Source of the DNA: Lingula anatina
Taxonomy: Eukaryota; Animalia; Brachiopoda
Assembly (NCBI GenBank): GCA_051362555.1
Contig: CM120644.1
Location: 24,512,534-24,576,533, forward strand
Direction: 5' to 3'
DNA: 64,000 bases
A program made the translations under genes and the position numbers. Under the pieces are notes generated by a model, which was not told where the DNA came from, ran no database searches, and was given only the letters and a program-made list of their open reading frames with translations. Positions 12,286 through 25,224 of this stretch are shown in pieces; position 1 is the stretch's first letter, and every line of letters begins with the position of its first letter.

Positions 12286-13250
12286 TTGATATACGGTATA
12301 TCTCCATAAAACGCACGGAGGAGAAGCATTTCACAAATACCAGTAGTAAGAGAGGAGTTTTTTCGAGAGGCAACTTTTTAGGGACCACATACTTCCAATG
12401 CAATATTTTAGTGACCCTTGAAGCGTAAATGAGGGGCAAGATACTTTAATGTAATTTTCTTAGTGAACCTTGAACATTTAAAGGGGTTATACGTTTTTAA
12501 TGAGCAAATGACGTAGGCTGCTGTTTTTAGCGGAATGCAATAGATGCCCTTGGATTCCTACGAGGTGATCTTTTAAATATTTGACAAGCAGAAGTAGGGG
12601 GGTCTCATCTGTTAAGTGGATTTGTCAACAAATTACCACCTGAAGTATGAACAGGCAAATTAGCAAACATGCAATCAGCCTATGTTTCATTATCCAAAGG
12701 ACAAGTTTGAAATGTTTTATTATATAATTATTTGAAGGAAAACAAAGGCATCATGTTTAGCTAAAAGAATTGCAGTGTCATTTTATTTTGCCAAAGATGA
12801 CCACTGTCTTATCGTTTCGTCATGGATATTGAATAACATTTCTTTATTCAAAGGACAAGTTTGAAATGTTGTATTATATAATTATTCTAATACTTTATAT
12901 TAAAATGAAGAAAAATCGCAAAGTCATGTCATTTTTGCTGCATATAAATACTCCAATTTTCAGCATTACTACCATGCTGCAGCCAACATGCCTCAAATAG
13001 AGGTACAGCCCCGTAATTTATGTCTGAACTGAAAAACATTTTGGCATTTTTTAATCAAAACCTATCACATTAAGGCACAGGTATGTAATGCATATATACT
13101 ATACAAAATATCAGGTATATATATTTTTTTATTTTTTTTTATTTTTAACTAAAACATGTATGTATTTTTTAACAGTGGCGATTTTTATGTATTGCATATA
13201 TGCACTGAATGCTATCGGTCTTTTGACCAACAGTTTAAATTTATTTGCAG

Positions 13251-13527
13251 GTTGATGAGGACCAAATAGGGCTGAACAAATCCCACAAGGTAAATATGTA
13301 TTACCCTCTTCTAATGATATTTGATTGGCCTAGTTTGTGAAGGATTAACTATTTCACAGTATTGAAAGTACATGGTTTTAAATAAATATCATCATCCTGA
13401 ACAATACGGCAATAAGGAGCGTGATTTTCTTTTTCAGCTTGAAGAATTTATTGTTATTACTGAAGAAGGAGAAGGAGAAAATGAAGACCAAGATGAGCAG
13501 GGGGAAGAAAACAATCAAAATAATTAA
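13251..13527 (+). other. Two orphan exon-like segments encoding an acidic peptide
   Basis: TTTGCAG|13251-13289|GTAAAT gives VDEDQIGLNKSHK. TTTTCAG|13438-13527 gives LEEFIVITEEGEGENEDQDEQGEENNQNN*, followed by GTGAGT. A further acceptor lies at 13701. Confidence 0.4.
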
Positions 13528-13759
13528 GTGAGTTTTTACATTTTGAGTCATATTTTATGCCTAATTCAAAACATGTTGTATATGATTGGCTAAATATATT
13601 TAGATTGTCTGTGTAAATGTAGTTAGTATTTTTCAGGCTAAAGAATTTTATATATACAGAGTAGTTAAAGGTATTATTATTATTATTATTATTATTTTCA
13701 GAAAGCAAAGAAGATACGGAAGCCTTACGTTTTGCCACTTCAAAGACTTATTCAGTGCA

Positions 13760-15760
13760 AACTTTGTTCGCTATATGTTTTTAAATTCTGTTTATTTGTC
13801 AAGTTGTGGTTTAAGTTAGCTTATTTTCAACTTTAAAAGTAGGGTAAACACCCTGATATGTTTGAAAACTCAATTTACTGTTAAGCTTTACATAATGTAA
13901 GTTATGTATAGGCTTGTGTAGCGACAATAGTGAGAACAGTACTCACAACTCATCGTCTATAGACCACAATTCAATGAACAGTAGCGAAGCGACCAATATG
14001 TTATATGCGAGCCCAGAAGCAATGGACCATGCAGGTAAACTGTCTGAACCTAAAACATCTACACCGCTTTCGATCAAAAATATCAACGAACAGTTTTCAG
14101 AGACACATAGAAAGTTAGATTTTATTATGAATAAGCTCCAAAAACTTGATATCATAGAAGGAAAAATTCAAGCACTAGATAATAAAGTCGTTTTCCTGGA
14201 AAACAAAGTTACAGACGATAGAGATGAAAAACACAGAAATTGAGACGTAAATAACCTTTGTTTCGGAAAAATTGGACGAGCTACATAGCAAAACCGACGA
14301 AATTCCCCAACCGTCCAGATCTTTAGACAAGCAGAAGAATGAAATTTCCGAGCTTACAGCAAGTATGGAAAGACAAAAACTTAACGTGGAGCAGATAAAC
14401 AGTGAAATAGTTAAGTTGTCACAAAAGAAAAAGGAGCTTTCAAAGGTAATTATCGACCTGCAATGTAGATCGATGAAATATAACCTTGTATTTACCGGCT
14501 TGGGAGGCGAGACTAGGGACGAAGATACAGAGAGCAAATTACGAGATTTCATATATAATGAACTTGAAATCGGTAGAAGGAAAGAGCTAGGAAATGTTCA
14601 CAGATTCGGGAGGTATGTGCAGGGCAAAAATAGGCCAATAGTCGCGAGATTCCTCTATAACGCCGATAAAGAGGAAGTGAGAGGAAAAGCATATAAATTA
14701 CGAGGCACCCAGTTTGGTATACACAAACAGTTTCCGAAACCTATTGAGGACAGACGACGCCAACATCCAATTATGAAAGACTACCAGAAACGAGGAGAAA
14801 AAATGTGAAACTTGTGAGGGATAAACTGTATATTAACGGAAAGCTGTACGATGAGCGAAACGTCACGGATCACAATGTATTTACCCCAACAGGATCTCAG
14901 CCATACGAGAGCCCGGGGTAGGGACTCGAGCCTCTGACTAACATCAATAAGTCAGTTGGAAATAGCAGCTTTTAATGTAAGCTATGTTCAATAAATGTTA
15001 GAGGTTTAAATGAGATTTAAATGATGAAGAATTTATTCAATTTTGCACTAATTATGATTTGATTGGAATTTTTTGAGACTTGGCAAACCGCATTTGATGA
15101 GTTCACTGGCAGAATGCCTGGGTACACGAATTATGACAGCCCACGAAAAATAAAGAGGCCTAAACGTGGATCAGGAGGTGTAAGTGTCTTTGTTAAAAAC
15201 TGGCTGGTCGACAATAAAATTATTACTCTCGTCCACAAAGAATTCCAGGAGAGTGTTATATTTTAGGTTGATAAAACGTTTATGTAATACGCAGTCCAAT
15301 ATTGTTCTTTTCTTTACCAACATAGCACCAGAGAGATCGACCATATACGAACAGCAACGGAATAGAATTGTTAAATGAAAATCTCGCGTTATTAGAACTG
15401 GACTTCGGACCATGTGTATCATTTGTTATTGCAGGTGACTTAAATGCGCGAGTCAAAGACCTATTGGACTATATTCCAGATTGTTTACAACTATTATGTC
15501 TGATGAGAATGAAGAGAGTATTTTCTCACTGAGTAGATTTTTATTTAACGCCTTTATACTAAGAAATGATACTGTAAATAACAATGTTAACCATCCAGAT
15601 ATATAAATGAAATACTTGTATATGTATGGAGTATTCATAATTTATTTCTGTATGTAAAACCTTGATTGTATATGTCTTCTGTGTTTGTACAGATTGTAAT
15701 GTATTGTTGTCCAGAGGCCTTAAACTACGAAGAATAAATCATCATTCAATCACATCATGA
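13760..15760 (+). mobile_element. Decayed, internally deleted non-LTR retrotransposon (ORF1 + AP endonuclease + 3' tail; CR1/L2-type)
   Basis: Broken ORF1 (13914-14808) with coiled coil and DLQCRSMKYNLVFTGL...NVHRFG...RPIVARF. Endonuclease motifs occur with frameshifts: CSINVRGL (~14985), ETW, GGVSVFVK, IAGDLNAR (~15430). No RT. Tail AATAAATCATCATTCAATCA at ~15733. Confidence 0.8.
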
Positions 15761-15912
15761 TAATTTTTTCTTAAGAAATCATAAGAAACTCGAACTTATT
15801 GGGAAATTGTTCGTGGATTATTTCCAGTAAAGCTTTTAGACAAGCAAGAACTGCAGAAAGTTAGTTTTCCGTGCATTTAGGTGCCTTTTTTGCTTTGGAA
15901 TAATAATAATAA

Positions 15913-15975
<63 letters not shown>

Positions 15976-16059
15976 CTCAACTGATGACTGTTTGAGAATT
16001 CCTTGTCTACCGAGTTAAAATAGAAATCGTAAAGTGGTTCTGGGTGGCTAAGCAAAAAA

Positions 16060-16102
<43 letters not shown>

Positions 16103-17112
16103 AATTACTCTACACTTATTGAATCTTTGAACGGGAATCACGGTTAATTCATTTTTATCTTAAGCCAATTGTAATCCAAATGCAGCTTAAACCAGACACG
16201 TAATGAAATTTTCGAGATAAATATTTCATCTATTTTTGCTTAATCACCCAGACCACTTTAAACCTAGCAGCAATATATTCTACTTACCAAACACTGATAT
16301 GAAGTTAGTAAATCCACGCATCTGTTTAGCAGTCATGACAAGAAAAGTATTGTCGGTCTTGCACAGTCATTACATATTTTGTGTTCGGCCTACATCCATA
16401 CACTGGTACGCTATAATGGCAAAAAAAATGTAGTGCTTGCCGTTTGCGCTTGTAAAGTCCCTGCATATTTCTTGTTCGGTCTATTTGCTGAAATATTGGT
16501 GAAGCCGGCAGAAGTCCCTGACTGGTATATAATCAAATGGGGCCAGATGTTTACACATTCGTACCAATTGAAGTGTTATGCACACTGTCGAAATACTGTC
16601 GAAATTCTAAGTGGTTAAGAAAGGCATAATTACATTGCAGTTGGTGAGAACGCAATGAGAAATTACGGACTTCGATAACAATTGCAGTTGGTGAGAGGCG
16701 TTAACATATGATGATGCAAAACACAATTGCATCGCGACGGGTGGGAACTAAAAGACACCAAACACAATAGACACGCAATTTTTTTAATAAATAAAGAAAT
16801 AATTAACATAAGGATTTAAAGACTGAATCAAACAAATGAAAAATTTGTAAAACAAAGTGTACTGTCAGTATACTAGCATAATATTACAAATAAACACCGC
16901 CTAATTTGACTTTATCCGTATATAGATTGCTGAATAGTTTAAACTCTGTGTATAATGTTTATAATATGACTTTATCTGTTTAATATTTTCCGGAACATCA
17001 GGATTTAAAGACGTTAGACTAAATATTTAAATTATATTACTAATAATGTGTCTTGGTCCGTATAATAAGGTCCAAATAACTCATGTGTTTGATAGATACA
17101 TAGCAGGTTCGC

Positions 17113-17903
17113 CTATTCAAAAATACGCTCATAACATGATTGCAAGGTGTGATCGTAGCATTCAACACCTTCCGTTGACATAACTTCACTTATAAGTTTA
17201 CGGCAGTTTTCATATTAACGCTGGATCACAGAATAAATGTAAGGATCGTCTTCAAGGTCTCTAAGAGATATGTAAAAATCTTATGCTTCCAGAATGACAC
17301 TGGTATTGACCTGTTGAAACGCCTCTTCTATAAACCGATACACTGACAAAGACCAAACTGGTTCGATGCACTCGTATTCTCGCTGGCTTCTATGAGCAGT
17401 CTGGCAACTGGTGCAATTTTGACTCTTCAGATAGTTAATCATCCTCATCAGAAAATAGGTATACAGGAGACGTGCGACAGCTTTACTTGACGGTTGAGGT
17501 TGGGCGCCACTGTTTATCTTCTTCTTGACGAGAGCTGCATCAACTTCCTGAAAGAGCCGCAGAAACTCTGACCAATCTGTATGCCCTATTTCAATGACTG
17601 TGGTGGATTCACCCAGTTGGTAGCTGATCTTTATGGGAGATTTTGAGCCCTCGAAGGACAATATATAGAAGTCGTAGAAAAGGACCGTCAGAATGTTTTC
17701 GTTTAAAAACGCCTCCTCTATCTCTCCTGCGTGCTTTGTGACATGACCCCAAATGATCTCATTAAATCTGATTTTTTGCTTTGTCTTGTCTGACAGAACG
17801 ACAAGACGCTCATTCTGCCTGTTAAAGCGCAGCGGCAAAAAGCGTTACCGAAAGAAGAAATCCCGCCATAGCTCTGTATGCCGTCTAGATGTATTTTCTC
17901 CCC
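17113..17903 (-). pseudogene. Decayed gene for a PC4-like + CxxC..HxSQxxxxC protein, possibly from a Polinton/Maverick-type element
   Basis: The 185-aa ORF has two PC4-like helices (IRFNEIIWGHVTKHAGEIEEAF; IEIGHTDWSEFLRLFQEVDAAL) and NCTSCQTAHRSQREYEC. The frame continues through in-frame stops to ~17113, with an upstream frameshift. Family assignment is from memory. Confidence 0.45.
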
Positions 17904-18383
17904 TATATATATACAGAGAAAAAAATGCTGAGTCAAAATGACTTTAAGAATATTTTGCTGAGTCACGGACATAGTACAACATCAATTTATCTGGGGATTA
18001 AAAATGCAGTGTTAAATAACATGATAACTTTGAAGTAAATCTTGTTTAAAGGAACTGAACATGTTTTAAGTGTCTAGGTATGACATGTTGACTGGTCATG
18101 AACAGTTCAGGTGTGGTCAAGACTATTTGAAGGTGTCCTAGGGCATATCCAGTAGGTAAAATTGTTTGATCACATTGGATAGATTGACTTTCTTTCCCAT
18201 CTTTAACAATTTAGGGGCCGAGAAAAGACATTTTCCCCTATAGAGTAATGTACAGAGAGCTGCACATGGACACATGCAGATATATTTTGTTAGCACTCAT
18301 TGGATTTAATGCCTTTATGTCAAGTCATATGTGCGTGTACAGTCCACACATTCACATGCACACGCACTTGTAAAATGGTATAC

Positions 18384-18384
<1 letters not shown>

Positions 18385-18450
<66 letters not shown>

Positions 18451-21400
18451 GAGAGAGAGATTCAATTTTTAGGATTGTCCAGCATTGTTAACTGTTTAAT
18501 AGAGATTAGAAAAGATATCAGTGGTGATTTCGACTGTGATGCACTGTGTGTGAAGCGAAATGTTTCAATATTATATTATATTATGCTATGAACGATAAAA
18601 TTTCTCATTCCATAACAATTTTCCTTGCTGAAGAATCCATTGTTTGGTGGAGATCGTTTTGTCTGATTACATATCAAAGTAGTATGTTTTTGAGAGCAGC
18701 GATTTGTTGCAAGCTATCAGAGTATAATTAATGACCTGTGATTCTGGTCACAATTGTCATTGGACGGATATAGGTGAATAATTGTGATGGTTAAGATGTA
18801 CGGTTTTAGAGCTTGGCCCTTCATGAGTCATTGGGACAATTTTTCACTAAAATTCCTGAAACTTAAAGGTTATTAGCAAAGCGTGGGTTTTACTGATTTT
18901 AAAGCTGAGGCCATTTTTCAGAGCTAAGATAATTGTTATAACTTCCATGTCAGTGACAGTAGAATCAGTTATTCAAAATATTATAGATACAGAGGGGATA
19001 ATATAGTAATTGCAGCCTAAATGCCAATATTTCTCCATTTGCTAAGAGCATGTGGTACAGATAGATATTGGATTGAGTATCTTATTATATTTAACTCCAT
19101 ATTTTCATTAAAAATGTCTGTGTTTGGAATCCCGGAGTATGCACCACTGTAGTAGACAAGAGTGTGACTTATTTTAGTCTTGGTATAGCTATGGAGTCTG
19201 AGACTCTTATGGGTTAAAACTATTAGCACAGGTAGGGATATTATATTATATTGAATTATACAGCAACTAATTGTCACAAATTGTAGCATAATATACTATT
19301 ATTAACCAATTTCCTTCAATTTAGACACATTTATATGCAGTATATATAGTTTTAACTGTCACATTAAGCCACTGTAGCAGTAAGCAAGCAATGCACTTTT
19401 GCATAGTGGTTTACTATTGATGGGTTTTAGTTTTAAACACAGAAAATTAGGAAATGTGATTTAATGTTATTCTTGTTGAAAAGTGAATAGTTTCTAAAGT
19501 GGCAGAATGTTTTTCTACATAAGAAGCATCACGTCACAATGATCACATGATCTCAAAAATCACATGACTGTCACGTGGGTATGAGCAACGGATGTTGGCA
19601 CGCCACGTTAAAGTCTCATTAGAAACTGTTTACTTTTACCAGCGTTCTACGCGTAATAACCATTCCAGCCATGAAAAAAAAGGCATGTTTTGTGCAGGTC
19701 CACAGACAAAGCTTTGTATCAAAATTTAAGGTTATTCAGTGTATTTGGTCAGAGTTGGAGATCAGAAATGTGAGATTAAGGCCTTATTTGCGTGTTTAGA
19801 TGGCCTGTACATTACCTTACCTTTTTGCTCCTAATTTTAAAGATACTATCACTACTAAGTGTGCGCACCTGTTGAATAATCGTAAGAACAATATGATTCC
19901 AAGATAAAAATTATTTTAGTGTTGGTTTGAAAATAAAAGTTTATTTGCTCTATATTTATTTATTTATTTATTTATTTGAATCAGGAGACATGAGGCGCTT
20001 GTCTAACACGTTTTGCATGTGCACGCTATGAGCTGGTGTCTCGCATCTAGTGAAGCATGTAGCTCAGCTGATATACCACCGTTTGCGCTGTACTTGGAGC
20101 AATGGCTTAGCTAGAAAAGCGGGTGGTGGATCCCAGAGGATCTCTTCTTCCATGTTTCTCTCCCATAATAAGTCATTCGTTGCAATCGAAACCAAGCGAT
20201 GGTCTTACTCTTTTCCTCACACACTACACTTAAAGTTCATTATTCTTACTCTGCCTCTTTATCGTTGGTGAGCAAAATAAGCCAATAACCTCCTCCTCCC
20301 CAACCCAATATAGAACCTGATCCCGCCAGTGCTACGAGGACAAAAATTGGTAAGCCGACACAGTTGCTCGCCAATATTTTTGCCAGGGCCGTTGCAAGTG
20401 TTGATCTATAAAAGCGTTTCCTTTTAAGCTACTGGCAAAGCCGTAACTACCACTGTCTATTTGTTCATCAGCTTGGCTAGTAAAGGAACCATTTAGTTTT
20501 TACGGAAGTTTGACACTTTAGGTAGATCGGTCGTTACGTAATTTGACGCTCTGCACAATGCCTGCGCATCGTCAATCAATACCAATGTCGTCATAGTAGA
20601 TTCTGTCAATTTTTATGAGAAATAAGACTCCTTTTTGTATGATAAATAAACCATTCTACCTTGTTATTTAGTCCTTGTAATATTAAAAGCTTAAAGATAG
20701 TATCCCGTGCGAAACTGTTGAACGTAGGCCCATCTGCAGATTTAATACATCAATGCGAGATAAACATCTAGTAGAAGAACACTACTATTTGTCTATTGAT
20801 TTGGGAGGGTACCAGTGCGTCACGAAGCATGTAATGCACTTCAATTTATCCTAGTTCTTTTATTTAATTGCCGACTCCTCATTTTTCTTGCAGATTTTTA
20901 AACGTTCTGAGAGTCCTTTTAAAAAATTAAAAAAAAGAAAAAAAGATTGCAACTAACAAGTCATAAAAATAACACCCATTTTCCCCTTGGGTATGAATGA
21001 TCACGAGTGCGTCATGTTGGCTTCAACGTAGTTTGGCCTAGTCTTTTATTTTGTCAATGACTTCATTTTTTTTCAATTTTGCAACTACTTTGCATGGCTC
21101 TTCAAACGAATTATCTATCGATCTACCTTAAGTGCGTATTTATTTTACAATAAACGTATTTTACAATTGTTCAAATATAAACAATACCCCCAGTGTGTTT
21201 ACTGAACAGATTCATTTCTTTGCCCTGGACGCACTCTACTTCTTTTCGTCCTTAAATGGGGTTCTCAGGAAAGCAACGATTGACAAAGGGGATGTGCAAA
21301 GTGGCAGAGCTTTTAGGGTATTTGACTTCTTTTGTGTCTTAATTAGATTATCTGACGTAAATCACAAAGCGTAAAACTGCGTGTAAAGAGGCTGATAGCA

Positions 21401-21958
21401 GCGTGACATTGACGAGTACCATGACGAATATAACAGGGCAGAAATACGAATATCTGTCCAAACTACGGGACCGATGTTTTCCACAAACAAACTCGACATC
21501 AGTTGAGGGTTAAATCTTTGGCAAGGCAATGTCCTCCACAAGAACCTTGTCTTTCCATGCAAGGCTGTCAAAAGGGAGACTTATGCTCATATGGTTGTCA
21601 TGGCAACTAGCGATAGCTGGTGCCTTGCACGTGGGATATATGGTTAGATTCAAGAAAATAGGGACGGACAGCCACCACGTGTCGGATACGTTACTTGAGC
21701 TAGAGGGACACGGCAAACCTCAGTGCGCCATGGCGTGTATCAACACTGAGATGTGCGTCTCTTTTAGCGTCACAGTGTCCCCTGACGTCCCTGGTTCTTC
21801 CTGTCGTCTGTCGCGGTCGTCTGCTGGTGTGACAGATTTGCAGCCAGGGAGCGGATGGTCTTATTTCGTTATGGTAAGTTAATATTTCTTGGAATATTTC
21901 GACGCGGAATAAGATATATTTTCAAATGTCGAATGTAAAACATGAAGCAGTGGATAGA

Positions 21959-22000
<42 letters not shown>

Positions 22001-22440
22001 ACCTCTCATATACAAATGTTAATATTGTAGAATTCCAATGATTCACCTTTTTTTTTTTTGGGGTTTAGCTTATTTTTAATGCTTATTATGAGTTATGGTT
22101 ATAATGAACCGCAATCGTGTTTTTTAATTCCAGACAAAACTGGTTCAAATATATTACTTATATACTATGATTTATATTAAATATACTAGATGCATTCGAA
22201 TTGAACGGTATTTTCAAAAATTTAAAATAAAAATTCACAGTGACCACTACATTGTCTAGTATTTGGCCGTTTTAGCGATGACACGAACAAGTTGAATTCG
22301 CAATTTTCTTATCTTATCACACTGATATCTGAGGAAAAAATGATCCTCGTGTTGTTAATCAGAAGAGCTCAAAACAAAATGTTTTTTATATACAGTATAT
22401 GTCCATAAATAGCACGAAGGAGAAGCATTTCACAAATACT
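18385..22440 (+). repeat. Segmental duplication 1, copy B (ANKRD28 terminal coding exon deleted)
   Basis: Colinear with 7650-12340 at an offset of ~10.2 kb; lacks the ~7811-8358 segment. Confidence 0.9.
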
Positions 22441-25224
22441 TTTTCATGCAAAATACTGTAACAAACAAACAAAAAATAAATAATTAGAAAAATAAAAATA
22501 AATAAAAAATAAAAAAACGACGTTATGCTATTTTTAAATAAAAAAGTTTTATTTTATATCAGTCGCTCTTCGCTCCTCAAACCCTCCCATGTAGGAGCTA
22601 GCGAACTCTGACTATTGAGTGCGAAATAATGAAGGGCAAGAAATAATTACAAATTGGAAAACAACATTAATATGCCAAAAAGAAAGAATCCCCAAATTCA
22701 AATACAACAGACAAATAACTGACGGGTAACAAACAAATATATTTCTATGATTTAAGTTATATTTTATTAGCAAAATCGATTTCAAATATTTTAAAACAAA
22801 TACTGTGATTTAAATCACGTATTTAATAATTAACGGACCGTGTGCTACCGTGGATATTTAATTAGTCACCAGTGTTCCAGTCCTCATATCCTATTATTTT
22901 CTCCTTATAACATTTTTATTTGCCTCAGATGCATCGTCAAGACAAAATCTATACTTTTGTTTGGCGTCTCTTAAGGACGGTGCTTAACATATGAAAAAGT
23001 TAAGAGCGTTTTAATTCGGAGATCTGTCCAATAATCGTGTCATTTCAACGTACTACAACACGGAGACTTTTAAAAATCAATGCGCATGTCCGGGATTATA
23101 GAGGTCACTATCTAGAGTCCAGTGCGAAATGAACACTCGTGTGCTCCCAATAGCTAAATTTGAGTTTAAGACTGGGTGCACATACCTAGATCGATCTAAC
23201 AGGAACGATCCATCTCCAAGGGGTTTTTCGCTACATTGCTTTCAACTTGAGCGGCTTAAATGTCTGACATGCCTAATGAAGCTGCTAAACGATATTTATT
23301 TACCCCCTTACCCCCCCCCCCCCCCCAACAGCTTCAGTAAACGTGACAGACATTAAAGCCGCTTAGGCTGATTGCAATTTAGCGAGAATCCCCTCGGAGA
23401 TAGATTGATCCACTGTTAGTACAGCCTGGGAATGGTCCCTATTATAATCCAATGCATTGTAATAGAATTATTATTCAAATTTAATATAATTCAACCTAAT
23501 AATTCAATGTGAATGTTTTATTCCTTGTACATAGCGTATACATGTACATCTACAATTAATGGGCAGATGAATCTGGACTAGAAATGTTATTATAAATAGG
23601 TATGCTATTAAGCAATGACATAATACGACTACTTATAAAATAATGAAGATACTTGGTTAAGCCCAAGTTACTGTTACTACTCAACCGCTGCTAGATGCAG
23701 CACTATCTTCTAGATGTTTCCCATCAGAGTCAGTATGAAGACAAAGATTTCTGTCTCGCTAATGAACGCCTTGAGATCAATGATAATGGAATAGCTTCTA
23801 CACTTCTAGTAAACACAGATCGTAAGACAGGAAATTTTATTAAATTACTTATGTGACTTAAGCGGCTGAATACGGAAATATGCCGCCACGTGCGTTGACA
23901 ACAGTAATAAACATAATGGAATCAATGCGAAATCTTAAAATTGCTTCCACACTTAGGATTAGTACTAAAAGCATATAGTAGGAAATCTTATAACTTACGG
24001 TCCCCATGATGAAAGTTAGGTCAATGTTTAGCATACAAAATGAAGAACCTCTAAATATTCGTCACAAATATATTCACTCCAAGTGATCACATAATAACCA
24101 TCCATAAACCCGTTTTTTATTTTTATGTTTTTTTTCTATTATTTTTGGCCTTTATATTTCCAGATTTTAATTCATAGTAGTAGTGCAGTGTAAACCATAC
24201 TTATAAGATGCTTATTTTATTTTAATTTATTTTACAGGTTCCAAATGCCAACTATAACGTCTCTGGAACAGGTATGTACAAAGTCCACAGCATATGAAAA
24301 CAAATTAATATACATATATTAGGTATTTTAGGCCGCTGGCCCAATGCACCTATAGGCCTATACAATATATATTGGAATATATGGAATAGAGGTAGTAGAA
24401 GTGTGCTAAAATAGGTTTGGTATACAAACTGTACACATCCTTATTTTAGATATCACTTTCGGTGTGGCAGGAATGGTAGTCGCTAAGAGCAGTAGTCCGC
24501 TTCCCCATTTTTTGTGCAGGTGACATTCCTCCCATCTACTAACCACAATATTCCTACTAACCCTAACCTGTACTAATCATACTATCATCCCTAGGACAAC
24601 CATTACTATAACAACAGCATTTATGCTTAAGCCTAATTTTTGTTGTTGTGGACATTCTTTCTGAAAGAGAACATGCGTTTGATACTTCCAAGTGATCACG
24701 TGATGTGGATCAAAAGACTGATTTTCATAAAAGAAAACGCCTGGAACAGAAATAAATTTTGCATTTTTCTTTGGATTACAAAGTAATATTGTTTAGTTTT
24801 TTAATCTTTTTATCTCGAAAATATTTTAAGTCCGCTGAAGGGCTCAAATATTTTTTGTTTTTCAGAGGGTGAACAGTGCCATTTGGTACGGTTAAGATCT
24901 ATGATTCAGCTAGTCAAAATTCTAATTTCAGGAGGGGACCATTGGAGTGAATTTGTTTCAGAAATCGTAGGGGGGGGGGGGGGGGGGCAGGACCCCCCCG
25001 ACCCCCCATCTAAATCCACCACTGTTCGTTTTCTAGGCACGCCTTGCAGCGACCAGCCGTGTCACAATGTCGGAGATGTCTCTGCAGGTCCTACAGAGCG
25101 GACATACTGTCAGTGCGAGCCCGGGAACGTCAACGTGCAGATGGAGTGCGCTAGCCATAAAGTCTGGTGTCCTTCGCGCAGCGCATGCATGCCGGAAGAG
25201 AGCAGTGCGCATGACGAATGTTGA
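21529..25224 (+). CDS. Small secreted protein: PAN/apple domain + chitin-binding type 2-like Cys domain (3 exons)
   Basis: Exons 21529-21873 (ends phase 0), 24238-24271 (VPNANYNVSGT, ends phase 1) and 25037-25224 (GTPCSDQPCHNVGDVSAGPTERTYCQCEPGNVNVQMECASHKVWCPSRSACMPEESSAHDEC*). Splice sites are canonical and phases match. Confidence 0.75.
23196..23419. mobile_element. Palindromic MITE in intron 1 of the PAN gene
   Basis: Long imperfect inverted arms: ATCTCCAAGGGGTTTTTCGCTA / TAGCGAGAATCCCCTCGGAGAT and GCGGCTTAAATGTCTGACA / TGACAGACATTAAAGCCGC. Confidence 0.7.

Larger units (their letters stand above)
7650..12340 (+). repeat. Segmental duplication 1, copy A (ANKRD28 last intron, last exon and 3'UTR, plus PAN gene exon 1)
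   Basis: Colinear with 18385-22440 (e.g. GATTGTCCAGCATTGTTAACTG, TGTTTGGTGGAGATCGTTTTGTCTGATTACATATC, GGAGAAGCATTTCACAAATAC). Confidence 0.9.

Noticed and set aside
7650-22440. Duplication 1 as a haplotype assembly artefact
   Set aside because: The copies differ by many substitutions and indels, each is contiguous with a different flanking gene, and they are separated by 6 kb of unrelated sequence. Read depth would be the final test.
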